DNA of 64,000 nt from assembly GCA_903873905.1 (NCBI GenBank), contig CAIQQJ010000043.1:4426-68425 (forward strand). Reading direction: 5' to 3'. The notes under the pieces are model-generated. The model ran no database searches. It worked only from the letters and a program-made list of their open reading frames with translations, and was not told where the DNA came from. This DNA comes from an uncultured Flavobacteriales bacterium. Its GTDB lineage: Bacteria; Bacteroidota; Bacteroidia; Palsa-965. A program made the position numbers and the translations under genes. Position 1 is the first letter of the stretch; each line of letters starts with the position of its first letter. Below are positions 18,938 to 28,743 of the stretch, piece after piece.

Positions 18938-19726
18938 ATGGACACTAACATGGTGCTCAACGCAAGTTTCAATGAACTTGTCTTTGAAAACAGGCACAAG
19001 AATTACGGTGCCTATCAAATCCGTAAACGCTATCGGAAAAATGTTTGGCTCTCTGTATTGATTGCCGTTTCAATTTTTTCATCCGCATTGTTTCTATATG
19101 TTGTGAATATTCCAAAAGCCGTTGCTGCAGGAATTCCGAAAACAGATTCGGTGATCAGGATTATTCCTATACACATAGAGGATCCAAACAAAATCAAAAA
19201 GGTGGATCCTATTGTCAAACCTCCAGTATCGCCACCTGCAAAAGGACCAGATCATCCGGATCTTAACAATGTTTCTATCACGAAAGACTCCGTTAAAACC
19301 CGAAGTCTGCTTGATACAACAGCTACAAGTCCAAAAGGCGTTGTTGGTGGAACAGGTCCTGTAAATGGAAATCCAAATCCCTGTACAGATTGTGATACAG
19401 GAAAAACAAAAACACCAATTGTTTCAGAAACATGGGATCCCAAAAAAGCTCCTCTCGATCCAGGCATTGATGCATTTTTCGTGAACAATGTGAAGTATCC
19501 GGATATGGCTCGAGAAGGAAATATTGAAGGAACAGTTTGGTTATCGTTCATCGTCAATTTCAAAGGTGAAATTCGGGACATAAAAATTGCAAAGAGTGCG
19601 CATCCTTGGCTTGACAGGGAAGTTTTACGAGTGGCCAATCTTATGCCCAAGTGGATTCCAGTGAAAGACGCAGACAAAAATGTAGAATATATTTATCGCA
19701 AACCCGTTCGGTTTAGACTTCACTAG
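18938..19726 (+). CDS. tonB: energy transducer TonB
   Basis: 262 aa. 'FENRHKNYGAYQIRKRY' N-terminus, one TM helix, a Pro-rich linker, and a TonB_C domain ('YPDMAREGNIEGTVWLSFIV'). Confidence 0.75.
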   Translation: MDTNMVLNASFNELVFENRHKNYGAYQIRKRYRKNVWLSVLIAVSIFSSALFLYVVNIPKAVAAGIPKTDSVIRIIPIHIEDPNKIKKVDPIVKPPVSPPAKGPDHPDLNNVSITKDSVKTRSLLDTTATSPKGVVGGTGPVNGNPNPCTDCDTGKTKTPIVSETWDPKKAPLDPGIDAFFVNNVKYPDMAREGNIEGTVWLSFIVNFKGEIRDIKIAKSAHPWLDREVLRVANLMPKWIPVKDADKNVEYIYRKPVRFRLH

Positions 19727-20027
19727 GAAAGGGACAAGAGACGGGAGACGTGCGGCGAAGGGACGGGGAAATATTTTCACTGTTAACGGTTGGTAATTCA
19801 ATGCCTATTTTGGAAAATCAATCATCACTTGTCCCCTGTCCCTCGTCCCTCGTCACATGCTAAAGATCGTTGCGCAACGTGGTTTTGCTTGCAAGAGCAG
19901 AATCAAAAGGCCTCCGTGAATGAACACGTCGATGTTGAAAATCGGCTCAGGGCTTATTCCGGGGGCCTTTGCTTTAAGATAATTTCGTGTGATTGTTTCC
20001 GTTCTATTAGCAAACCCAAACGAAATT

Positions 20028-20762
20028 ATGTTTCACTCCATTCTTCTTCAAGTACCAAATGTTGCTGCTGATTCACTTCATCAAGCAACGGGAATTGTTT
20101 CTCCAACTGGAGCAATTGCACCAACCGGGCCAACACAAGATGTAACAACACCTTTTAAAATGTTGACTGAAGGTGGCTGGGTAATGATACCAATGGTTGT
20201 TTTTCTGTTGATCGCAATTTATTTTACCATTGAGCGATTGGTGGTCATTTCAAAAGCAGGAAAAGTTGATCGGAATTTTTCTCACAACATCAAGGATTAT
20301 ATTTTGAATGGGAAAGTTGATTCTGCACGTGAATTGTGTCGTTCACAAAACACTCCTGTTGCACGCGTGATTGAAAAAGGAATTTCACGATTGGGAAAAC
20401 CAACACGAGAAATTTCTGAAGCGATGGAAACAACAGGTCGACTCGAAATTGCGCGCGCTGAAAAAAATCTTCATTTCATTAGCCTCATTGCACGGATTGC
20501 ACCCATGCTTGGTTTCATCGGAACAATTTTCGGAGTAATTGTGATCTTCCGTGATATTGCCAATTCAGGTGGAGAAGTGAGCATTCAAAATATTTCTCAT
20601 GGACTTTATTTGAAAATGTTTTCATCCGCTGCTGGATTGAGCGTAGGTGTTCTTGCCTTCATGATGTATCACTTCCTGAATACGATGGTGGATAATCTTT
20701 CGAAAAAAATTGAACGCAACAGTTTGGAATTTCTCGATGTGATTAACGAGCCAGGTAAATAA
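20028..20762 (+). CDS. exbB: MotA/TolQ/ExbB proton channel
   Basis: Three TM helices and 'IAPMLGFIGTIFGVI'. I prefer ATG 20028 over the track's GTG 19989. Confidence 0.85.
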   Translation: MFHSILLQVPNVAADSLHQATGIVSPTGAIAPTGPTQDVTTPFKMLTEGGWVMIPMVVFLLIAIYFTIERLVVISKAGKVDRNFSHNIKDYILNGKVDSARELCRSQNTPVARVIEKGISRLGKPTREISEAMETTGRLEIARAEKNLHFISLIARIAPMLGFIGTIFGVIVIFRDIANSGGEVSIQNISHGLYLKMFSSAAGLSVGVLAFMMYHFLNTMVDNLSKKIERNSLEFLDVINEPGK

Positions 20763-20805
20763 TAATTGTAATCATTCTGCGTTTTATATTAACACATTGT
20801 CAACC

Positions 20806-21204
20806 ATGCAACTCAGACGTAAACAAAAAGAAGGTGCAGAAGTCTTTACAGATTCGTTGAACGATATCATGTTCTTCTTGCTGTTATTCTTCATCATTCT
20901 TTCAACGATGGCGAATAGAAATTCCATCAAGCTTGAATTGCCAAGTTCAAAAAGTGTTCAACAGGTTCAAGCAAAACAGATCTTGTTGCAAGTAGATGCG
21001 AATCACAATTATTTTGTAAACGGACTCCCGATCACCATTGACCAGATTGAACCTGTTTTGATGGCGGAATCAAAAGCCAAGCAAAACAATAATGTGACTT
21101 TGGTTCTGGATAAATCACTTTCCATTCAGGATCTTGCCGACATTATGCAAATTGGAAGTAAACTCAATCTGAAGATGGTACTCTCGGCTAAAACCACTAA
21201 ATAA
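20806..21204 (+). CDS. exbD: biopolymer transporter ExbD/TolR
   Basis: 'SLNDIMFFLLLFFIILS' TM helix plus a periplasmic domain. ATG 20806; the track starts at TTG 20797. Confidence 0.85.
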   Translation: MQLRRKQKEGAEVFTDSLNDIMFFLLLFFIILSTMANRNSIKLELPSSKSVQQVQAKQILLQVDANHNYFVNGLPITIDQIEPVLMAESKAKQNNNVTLVLDKSLSIQDLADIMQIGSKLNLKMVLSAKTTK

Positions 21205-21205
21205 A

Positions 21206-22054
21206 ATGGTAACGACATTGGCAATGCCCATCGACGAGAATCGGGATGAACGTCAAGCACGCATCATTTCATGGATTGTAACTGTTGCAATTACAATTCT
21301 TCTCTTTCTCATTTTATTCTTGATAAAAATCATCACACCCATTCCAGCCATTCCTCCAGATCCGGAAGTAATGACACTTGAAATTGGTTTGAATCTTGGA
21401 ACGGGCGGAGATGCGGAAACACAAGGTGGTGGTTCAAATGGAAATACCGGTTTACCTGGAATGCAAAATCCTTCAGATGCAGCAAATCCTACTCCGAAAA
21501 ATCCTACCGACAATGGAAATGTAACTGATGCGAATTCAACAAATAATGTTGCATCCAATTCGAATCACACAGGAACGGCTACAACTCCAACTGCTAGTCC
21601 GGAAATGCTGGCCGCCATTGCAAATTTTAATAAGAACAAAGGAAAAGCTTCGATCAATATTGGTGGTGATGGAAAAGGTGATCCCTACACAGGCGGTTTG
21701 GGAAATGGAAGTGGAAGTGATCAAGGACCAGGAAAAGGTGACCCTGGTGTTGGTGGACCTGGCGGAGAAAATGGGAACAGCCCCACAGGCAATGCTCATC
21801 GTGTTCGTCACATGTTATCAAAACCTGATATCATAAATCCAACTCAGGAAGAGGGAAAAGTTGTTGTGAATGTTTATGTTGATCGCACTGGAAAAGTTAT
21901 TAAGACTGAAGTAAATCCGAATGGAACAACAACTTTGAATTCCGTTCTTCGTTCGACTGCAACACAATCAGCTTACAAAATCGCGTTTGATGTTGATGCT
22001 TCAGGCCCTGAAATTCTTTTGCTTCCTATTGATATTTATTTCACACTGAAATAA
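21206..22054 (+). CDS. second TonB-like energy transducer with a long G/N/P/T-rich linker
   Basis: 282 aa. One N-terminal TM helix, a low-complexity Gly/Asn/Pro/Thr linker, and a C-terminal 'EGKVVVNVYVDRTGKVIKTEV' TonB_C-like fold. Starts 1 nt after exbD. Confidence 0.6.
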   Translation: MVTTLAMPIDENRDERQARIISWIVTVAITILLFLILFLIKIITPIPAIPPDPEVMTLEIGLNLGTGGDAETQGGGSNGNTGLPGMQNPSDAANPTPKNPTDNGNVTDANSTNNVASNSNHTGTATTPTASPEMLAAIANFNKNKGKASINIGGDGKGDPYTGGLGNGSGSDQGPGKGDPGVGGPGGENGNSPTGNAHRVRHMLSKPDIINPTQEEGKVVVNVYVDRTGKVIKTEVNPNGTTTLNSVLRSTATQSAYKIAFDVDASGPEILLLPIDIYFTLK

Positions 22055-22077
22055 AAAAGAATTTATTTCTAAAAACA

Positions 22078-22121
22078 AAATAGCAGATTCAAGAGATTAA
22101 ACTTTTGATTCTGCTATTTTT
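22078..22121 (+). terminator. intrinsic terminator of the tonB-exbBD cluster
   Basis: AAATAGCAGA...TCTGCTATTT (10-bp perfect stem, extendable) running into a T-run. Confidence 0.7.
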
Positions 22122-22165
22122 GTGTTCAGAAATTTCTACCAATTACCCTCTCAATATTCTCAAAG

Positions 22166-23461
22166 ATGAATTACACGCAAACACTCGAATATCTCTACAG
22201 TTGTTTGCCCATGTTTCATCGTGTGGGTCCGGCAGCTTACAAGCCTGATCTTTCCAACACCATAAAAATTTGCAATGCTTTAAACAATCCTGAAAATAAA
22301 TTCAGGTCTGTTCATATTGCAGGAACGAATGGGAAAGGTTCTACTTCTCACCTACTCGCTGCGGTATTGCAAGAAGCAGGATACAAAACAGGATTGTACA
22401 CATCCCCACATCTGAAAGATTTTCGCGAACGCATTCGCATCAACGGAAAAATGATTCCCCAAAAACGCGTGGTGGATTTTGTGGAAGCTCACAAAAAATT
22501 ATTTACAAAAGTTCAACCCTCCTTTTTTGAATGGACTGTTGGCTTAGCATTTGACTATTTCGCCAATGAAAAAGTGGACATCGCGATTATTGAAACAGGT
22601 TTGGGAGGAAGATTGGATTCTACGAATGTTTTGAATCCTCTCGTTTCCGTGATTACGAATATCAGTCGTGATCACATGAATTTGTTGGGGAAAAAAGTGA
22701 AACAAATTGCAACAGAAAAAGCGGGAATCATTAAAAATAAAATTCCGGTTGTCATAGGAGAAACGCAAGAAGACGTGAAATCCGTTTTTGAAAAGAAAGC
22801 GAAAAAAGAAAAATCACCTTTGCGATTTGCTGATGAGGAATTTCAATTGAATAAATTTCATCAGACAAAAACATTTCCTCCAATGCTAATTGGGAATGTG
22901 AAAGCTGGAAAAAATATTGTTTTAAAAAATCTGCATTGCCAACTACCTGGATTTTATCAGCGAAAAAATATCGCCACAGTTCTTTCCGCCATTGACGTTT
23001 TACGAGAATCGGGATTTATCATCAAGGAAAAAGCAATTCGAAAGGGATTTGCAAAAGTTTCTACACTCACAGGATTGCAAGGACGTTGGCAAATGATTTC
23101 AAAAAATCCCTTGACAATTGTTGACACGGGACACAATGAAGCTGGAATTATTGAAGTGGTTTCACAAATAAAAAAGACACCACACAAAAATCTTCATATT
23201 GTATTTGGAGTGGTGAACGACAAGGATCCTGGAATTGTACTGCAACATTTACCCAAAAAAGCAACTTATTATTTCTGTAAGGCAAATTTACCCCGTGCAC
23301 TGAATGCAATGGAATTGGCCGCGATTGCAATGAAATTCGGTTTGGAGGGGAATGTTTACCCATCTGTAAAAATTGCCTTGAAAGCTGCCCAAACAGGGGC
23401 ATTGCGTGGGGATTTGGTATTTGTGGGCGGATCCACTTTTATAGTTGCAGAAGCAATTTGA
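22166..23461 (+). CDS. folC: bifunctional folylpolyglutamate synthase / dihydrofolate synthase
   Basis: 431 aa. 'HIAGTNGKGST' P-loop and 'IIETGLGGRLDSTN'. Confidence 0.9.
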   Translation: MNYTQTLEYLYSCLPMFHRVGPAAYKPDLSNTIKICNALNNPENKFRSVHIAGTNGKGSTSHLLAAVLQEAGYKTGLYTSPHLKDFRERIRINGKMIPQKRVVDFVEAHKKLFTKVQPSFFEWTVGLAFDYFANEKVDIAIIETGLGGRLDSTNVLNPLVSVITNISRDHMNLLGKKVKQIATEKAGIIKNKIPVVIGETQEDVKSVFEKKAKKEKSPLRFADEEFQLNKFHQTKTFPPMLIGNVKAGKNIVLKNLHCQLPGFYQRKNIATVLSAIDVLRESGFIIKEKAIRKGFAKVSTLTGLQGRWQMISKNPLTIVDTGHNEAGIIEVVSQIKKTPHKNLHIVFGVVNDKDPGIVLQHLPKKATYYFCKANLPRALNAMELAAIAMKFGLEGNVYPSVKIALKAAQTGALRGDLVFVGGSTFIVAEAI

Positions 23462-23484
23462 AGGAAGTCTTAGCTAAAAACAAC

Positions 23485-23518
23485 AAACCCTGTCAATACA
23501 ATGTATTAACAGGGTTTT
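23485..23518 (+). terminator. intrinsic terminator of folC
   Basis: AAACCCTGT-(15 nt)-ACAGGGTTT followed by T residues. Confidence 0.6.
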
Positions 23519-23521
23519 CAT

Positions 23522-23599
23522 TGGTGGGAGCTATAGGGTTCGAACCTATGACCCCCTGCTTGTAAGGCAGGTGCTCTGAACCAGCTGAGCTAAGCTCCC
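23522..23599 (-). tRNA. tRNA-Val (anticodon TAC), CCA encoded
   Basis: Reverse complement GGGAGCTTAGCTCAGCTGGTTCAGAGCACCTGCCTTACAAGCAGGGGGTCATAGGTTCGAACCCTATAGCTCCCACCA folds as a cloverleaf: 7-bp acceptor, GCTC/GAGC D stem, CCTGC/GCAGG anticodon stem, loop CTTACAA, TPsiC GGTTCGAACC. Confidence 0.92.
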
Positions 23600-23672
23600 G
23601 AAATTCCCTTTTGGGGTTGCAAATATAGCTTGTTCTGCAACATCTGCAAAATTGCGGCAATAATTCTTTTTT

Positions 23673-24674
23673 TTACCCCAAACACTGAATTATCATGGCA
23701 TTTGCCTTTGCATCACCAATACTAATTCTCAATGCTTTCTCTTGGCCAAATATTTTCATGTCGCAAATGATGATTCCGTTTCTGAAAAGTTTGTCGTAAA
23801 CCATTTTCTTTTCATCATCCGTTCCGAACCACATGTATATGAAATTGGATTGTGAAGCAACAACATTATATCCAAGTTTATTTAATTCATTGAACAAAAT
23901 AGTTCGCTGTTCAGCATTATCTTTTGCCGATTTTAATATGAAGGCTTGATCATTCAACGCTGCAAGTGCAGCATTCACTGATATTGGACTCAATGAATAC
24001 GGAATTTGACCTCGCGACATGCTTGCGGCTTTTTCCTCATCCATAATCGCAAAGCCAATCCGCAATCCTGCTAATCCATATATTTTCGAAAAGGAATGCA
24101 GAATAACAAGGTTGGGATATTTTTTTTGCAAGGCAATTGAATTCGGAAAAGCAGAATCATTTACATATTCTCCATAGGCTTCATCAATTGCAACAATTAT
24201 ATTCTTGGAAATTTTACCAAGAAGATTTTCCAATTCAGCATGAGAAATTATTGTGCCTGTTGGATTATTTGGATTGGCAATAAAAATCAGTTTTGTTTTT
24301 TCGTTAATTAATGGAAAGATATTTTCAGGATTACATCTAAATTCAGTCAAGGGAGCAAATTGACATTTTCGATTGTGAAAACCAGCTAATTGTCCGTATG
24401 CAATAAAACTTTTTTCAAACGTCAACACTTCTTCTTCAGCACCAACAAATGTCTGAATCAATCCATCAATGATTCGAACTGAACCTGCACCTACAACAAT
24501 GTTTTTTGAATTCACGCCAAAACTCTCAGCCAGCTTGTCTTTTAATACAACAGGATTTACTTCCGGATACAAATGGATATTCTCCAGGTTTTTCTGAACA
24601 GCATCCATTGCAAAAGGAGAACAACCGTAGCAATTCTCATTGGCAGCCAGCCTTATTATTTTTGCTTCACTCAT
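23673..24674 (-). CDS. class II (HisC-like histidinol-phosphate/aromatic) aminotransferase
   Basis: 'RLAANENCYG' and 'HSFSKIYGLAGLRIGF' (PLP lysine box). ATG 24674 overlaps the upstream stop (ATGA). The track ORF extends to 24722. Confidence 0.8.
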   Translation of the reverse strand: MSEAKIIRLAANENCYGCSPFAMDAVQKNLENIHLYPEVNPVVLKDKLAESFGVNSKNIVVGAGSVRIIDGLIQTFVGAEEEVLTFEKSFIAYGQLAGFHNRKCQFAPLTEFRCNPENIFPLINEKTKLIFIANPNNPTGTIISHAELENLLGKISKNIIVAIDEAYGEYVNDSAFPNSIALQKKYPNLVILHSFSKIYGLAGLRIGFAIMDEEKAASMSRGQIPYSLSPISVNAALAALNDQAFILKSAKDNAEQRTILFNELNKLGYNVVASQSNFIYMWFGTDDEKKMVYDKLFRNGIIICDMKIFGQEKALRISIGDAKANAMIIQCLG

Positions 24675-25534
24675 TCGAGAATGCTTTTGCTGATATTGTA
24701 CAATACTTCCTTCCGATACCATGCGGTTGCACGAATATCAGTAATGGGTGATGCGTAAGACAAAACCTTGTCCGCAAATCTTTCCTTTTCTTCCTGAGAA
24801 ATTGTTTTTAATTTTTTTCCAATCAAAAATTCGCAGGCGGATTCTGCAAACCGAATTGTCGGAGCCGATGCTCCAATGGCAATACCTGCCTGAATAATAA
24901 TTCCATTTTTATCCAATTGAACATGATAAGAAAGAGAAACCACCGAACATTCCATTGACCGCCTTGTTCCAATTTTGATAAAACCAGAATGAATGTTAGT
25001 TGTTGTTTTTTTGTTTGCAGGAACAGCAACACCAAACAACACTTCATTTTTTTTGAGCGCTGTTTTTCTAACCCCAATTAAAAAATCATTAATAGGAACC
25101 ATTCTGCTTTTTCCAGAAGTATTCATTAATTCACATTCTGCCTGAAGGGCAACCAAAGCACAAGCCATATCACCTGAAGGAGATGCTGTACATAAATTAC
25201 CTCCCAATGTTGCCACTTGTCTAATCTGTGTGGAGGCAAGGTTAAATGCGGCCTCATGTAGCACATGATATTTATTCTTTATTTCCTCATTCACCACAAT
25301 TTTGTGTGCGGTAAACATAGCCCCGAATCGCAGACCTTTCGCGGATTTTTTTATTCCCGTGAAAAGAGGATCTTTCACAAAAGAAAGATTGATGACTGTC
25401 AAATCCTTTTCCGGTTTCTTTTTTAATTCCATCAACAAATCCGTGCAGCCTGCACCGAAGCGGAAATGATTTTCCTTCCTAATTGCACCAAGCAATTCTG
25501 ACTTTGTTTTAGGATTTACAATATTGAATTCCAT
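24671..25534 (-). CDS. molybdenum hydroxylase (xanthine dehydrogenase/CO dehydrogenase family) FAD-binding subunit
   Basis: 287 aa. 'GAGCTDLLMELK' and 'TLGGNLCTASPSGD' are FAD_binding_5 motifs, followed by a CO_deh_flav_C-like tail. Confidence 0.85.
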   Translation of the reverse strand: MEFNIVNPKTKSELLGAIRKENHFRFGAGCTDLLMELKKKPEKDLTVINLSFVKDPLFTGIKKSAKGLRFGAMFTAHKIVVNEEIKNKYHVLHEAAFNLASTQIRQVATLGGNLCTASPSGDMACALVALQAECELMNTSGKSRMVPINDFLIGVRKTALKKNEVLFGVAVPANKKTTTNIHSGFIKIGTRRSMECSVVSLSYHVQLDKNGIIIQAGIAIGASAPTIRFAESACEFLIGKKLKTISQEEKERFADKVLSYASPITDIRATAWYRKEVLYNISKSILE

Positions 25535-25548
25535 GTACAGAAATGTTA

Positions 25549-26421
25549 TTAAAAAATACTTAAATATCTTTCAGCTCGATCAGACAAAACAGTGACAACA
25601 ATTCCTTCAGGATTATTTTTTTCAATCCACCTTTCAGCAGCAAGAACATTTGCTCCAGAACTGAATCCTACAAAAATTCCATTTTCTTTCACTAACCTTC
25701 TTGCCCTTTCTTTTGCCTCTTCCGTTTTTATCAATACAATATCATCCAAAACATTTAAATCAACGAGAAATTTACTTCCATCACCAATCCCTTGAATACC
25801 ATGAAGACCGTGCTCTCCTCCACTCATCACAGGTGATTCGGCAGGTTCACATGCAACCACTTTCATTTGTGGATAAACATTGATCAATGCTTTTCTCAAA
25901 CCCATTATTGTTCCACCTGTTCCAGTTCCCAACACAATGGCAGAAATTTCTCCAATATTCTTTGTTTGACTTAAAACTTCAATTCCAGTTGTTTTTTCAT
26001 GACACTCAATATTCAAGGCATTATGAAATTGATTGGTATTAAACCACCCATTTTTCTCAGCCAATTCATTACGCAATGCAATTGCACCATCAAAATCGCC
26101 ATCAGCAACTTCAATGATTTCCGCTCCGAACAAACGCATCATTTGTTTCCGCTCTTCACTCATGTTTCGCGGCATAATAATTTTCACATTGTAGCCTCGC
26201 TCTGCTCCAATAAATGAAAAAGCTATTCCAGTATTTCCACTCGTCGCTTCAACAATTGTATCTCCTTTTTTTATGAGATTGTTTTTTTCAGCAGCATTAA
26301 TAATATACGTTGCAATCCTATCCTTAATGCTGCCACTTGGATTATACGTTTCAAATTTTGCATATAGCTTATCGCTGATTTTTAATAGCGGAGTATTGCC
26401 TACTGTGTCGGATGGTCTCAT
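25549..26421 (-). CDS. cysteine synthase-family (CysK/CysM-like) PLP enzyme
   Basis: 290 aa. 'NPSGSIKDRIA' (PLP Lys), 'TSGNTGIA' and 'GTGTGGTIMG'. Its start overlaps the Mo-subunit stop (ATGA at 26418-26421). Confidence 0.85.
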   Translation of the reverse strand: MRPSDTVGNTPLLKISDKLYAKFETYNPSGSIKDRIATYIINAAEKNNLIKKGDTIVEATSGNTGIAFSFIGAERGYNVKIIMPRNMSEERKQMMRLFGAEIIEVADGDFDGAIALRNELAEKNGWFNTNQFHNALNIECHEKTTGIEVLSQTKNIGEISAIVLGTGTGGTIMGLRKALINVYPQMKVVACEPAESPVMSGGEHGLHGIQGIGDGSKFLVDLNVLDDIVLIKTEEAKERARRLVKENGIFVGFSSGANVLAAERWIEKNNPEGIVVTVLSDRAERYLSIF

Positions 26422-28742
26422 AAAGAATGGGAATTAATCTTAGAATTATTTTTTGTGTTTCTTAAGGATATTGCTTTTAAAACTTTTTCGGGTGTAATTG
26501 GCAAATCCAAAAACTCCAAATCAAGTGCATTACATATTGCATTTGCAATGGCAGCTGCTGTTGGAATCAACGGCGCTTCACCAACGCCTTTTGCACCATA
26601 TGGCCCTTCTTTGTCGAATGTTTCAACAGGGGAAAAATGAATGTTTGGAATATCCGAAGCTGTCAACATTTTATAATTGTGAAAATTCGGATTCAGAATT
26701 TTTCCCTCATGCATTAATAATTCTTCGGTCAATGCATAACCAACGCCTTGCAAAATTCCGCCTTCAATTTGTCCATCCAACAAAAGTGGATTCAAAACTC
26801 TTCCCACATCTTGCGCCACATAAACATCCAACACTTTTACATTTCCCGTATAGGTGTCAACTTCCACTTCAATAGCTTGAGAAGCGAATGCATAAGTACC
26901 TGAAACATTTCCCTTGAAATCCTTATCCTGAAATTTACTGGATGGCTCATAAAAATAGTCAGCTATTGCCAGTTCATTCGGTTCAGAAAAATGCATTTCG
27001 CGAACCACTTTATCCAAAGCAATACTATCATTTGATTTCACTGAAATGATTTTGTTATCGGAATATTCAAATTCGGAATCGCCTGACTTAAGAAGTGCAG
27101 ACGCCTTTTTATTCAACTTCTCTTTCAAGATTTTAATTGCACCGAGCAAAGAATTTCCAGCAACAAAACTTGTGCGTGAAGCGTGTACTCCCACATCCCA
27201 TGGTTTTACATCGGTGTCGGTGTTGATGACTTTTATTTTTTTCAATTCAATTCCCAATTCTTCCGAAGCAATCATCGCAAGAACTGTTTCAGAGCCTTGG
27301 CCAATTTCATTGGACCCTGTAATGATTGTACAGTATCCATAAGGATCAATTTTTAAAATTGTACCGCAACCATCCGAACGATAAATTTTCGCGCCGCCTC
27401 CAACGTGCAACATGGAAGCAAGACCTATTCCCTTCTTGAACCTTCCTTCTTTGTTTATCGATTTCTTTTTGTTGTAATGACTTTTTGAAATTACATTTTC
27501 CAAACATTCAACTAATCCACAAGTTTCAAAATGCAATCCTTGCCCAGTAGTTTCACCTTTTCGATTGGCATTCTGCAAACGAATTTCCGCTTTGTCTATT
27601 CCCAACTCATCGGCAAGCAAATCGATTACTCGCTCCAATGCAAAAGTGGCCTGAGGATTTCCATAACCTCTGAAAGATCCTGCAAAAACATTATTTGTAT
27701 AAACGGCCATCGCATCAAACTTGACGGCATTCACTTTATACAAGGAAGAAAACGCTTGCATGATTACGAAGGGAGTTGTTGCTCCCCATGAAGTATACGC
27801 ACCATTGTCTTTCACAATATTAATTTCCCGGAATGTAAAATTCCCAGCCTTATCAACACCAGCCGTCAATTCAATTTCCATTGGCTGTCGAATCGGTGAA
27901 GCGATAAATTCCTCTTCGCGTGTATAGAGAATCTGAACTGGTTTACCGGTCTTAATGGAAAGCAGTGCGCAAATTGGTTCAAATGGATGCATGTCCAACT
28001 TACTACCGAATCCGCCGCCAATAACTGGTTGAATAACACGAATGTCGGATGGATTCATTTTCAATGCATGCGCCATATCGCGTTGATACAGGAATGGAAC
28101 TTGCGTTGAACTATACAGCAATAATTTTTTGTCAATGAGATTGAAACTCGCTGTAATGTTACTTGTAGCCATACAAGCATGTGTCATGCGTGGCAGTGTG
28201 AACTTTCTTGTTACAATGTGCTTGCTTCTCTTTTTTTCTTCTTCTAGATTTCCGTGTTCGTAATGGAATATTTCAGCAGTGTTTTTATTTTCAAATTTTC
28301 CACTGATGAATTTATTTATTTGTGGTGCACTTTTTTTCAATGCCTCTTGCACATCATAAATTCCCTTCCGAACTTTATATTTTACTTTTATTAGCTTCAA
28401 TGCCTGTTGTGCAATCTCTTTTGTATCGGCAGCAACAGCGGCAATTTCATCACGTGTACAATTCGCTTCACCCGTTTTCAAAATTGGATGATCGCGTTTG
28501 TAACCAATATTATTCACATCTACATCTTCAGCTGTAATTACGCAATGAACACCAGCAAGTTTTTTTGCTTCAGAAACATCTATGGATTCAATTATTGCGG
28601 ACGGATGTTCAGTACGCAAAATTGCACCATACAACATATCAGGCATTACAATGTCGTGCCCATATACCGCTTTCCCTGTCGCGCGAATATTCGCATCGTG
28701 CTTGGGAATTGGTTTTCCGATTACTTTAAGTTCCTTTTTCAT
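26418..28742 (-). CDS. molybdenum hydroxylase large (molybdopterin-binding) subunit
   Basis: About 774 aa from MKKELKVIGKP. 'VIGGGFGSKLD' and the C-terminal 'GAKGVGEAPLIP' (catalytic Glu box). The track ORF extends to 28787, into the upstream gene. Confidence 0.9.
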   Translation of the reverse strand: MKKELKVIGKPIPKHDANIRATGKAVYGHDIVMPDMLYGAILRTEHPSAIIESIDVSEAKKLAGVHCVITAEDVDVNNIGYKRDHPILKTGEANCTRDEIAAVAADTKEIAQQALKLIKVKYKVRKGIYDVQEALKKSAPQINKFISGKFENKNTAEIFHYEHGNLEEEKKRSKHIVTRKFTLPRMTHACMATSNITASFNLIDKKLLLYSSTQVPFLYQRDMAHALKMNPSDIRVIQPVIGGGFGSKLDMHPFEPICALLSIKTGKPVQILYTREEEFIASPIRQPMEIELTAGVDKAGNFTFREINIVKDNGAYTSWGATTPFVIMQAFSSLYKVNAVKFDAMAVYTNNVFAGSFRGYGNPQATFALERVIDLLADELGIDKAEIRLQNANRKGETTGQGLHFETCGLVECLENVISKSHYNKKKSINKEGRFKKGIGLASMLHVGGGAKIYRSDGCGTILKIDPYGYCTIITGSNEIGQGSETVLAMIASEELGIELKKIKVINTDTDVKPWDVGVHASRTSFVAGNSLLGAIKILKEKLNKKASALLKSGDSEFEYSDNKIISVKSNDSIALDKVVREMHFSEPNELAIADYFYEPSSKFQDKDFKGNVSGTYAFASQAIEVEVDTYTGNVKVLDVYVAQDVGRVLNPLLLDGQIEGGILQGVGYALTEELLMHEGKILNPNFHNYKMLTASDIPNIHFSPVETFDKEGPYGAKGVGEAPLIPTAAAIANAICNALDLEFLDLPITPEKVLKAISLRNTKNNSKINSHSL

Positions 28743-28743
28743 T

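Noticed and set aside
19727-19860. GGGAC-rich tracts downstream of tonB (GGGACAAGAGACGGGAGACG...GGGACGGGG and, about 90 nt later, CTTGTCCCCTGTCCCTCGTCCCTCGTC) as a long hairpin or terminator. Also the 93-aa ORF 19790..20071.
   Set aside because: Only 8 bp (GGGACAAG/CTTGTCCC) are truly complementary. The rest is heptad-like low complexity that is not collinear as a stem. The ORF is Cys/Ser/His-rich, overlaps the exbB start and has no motifs. The tracts are compositionally odd but uninterpretable here.
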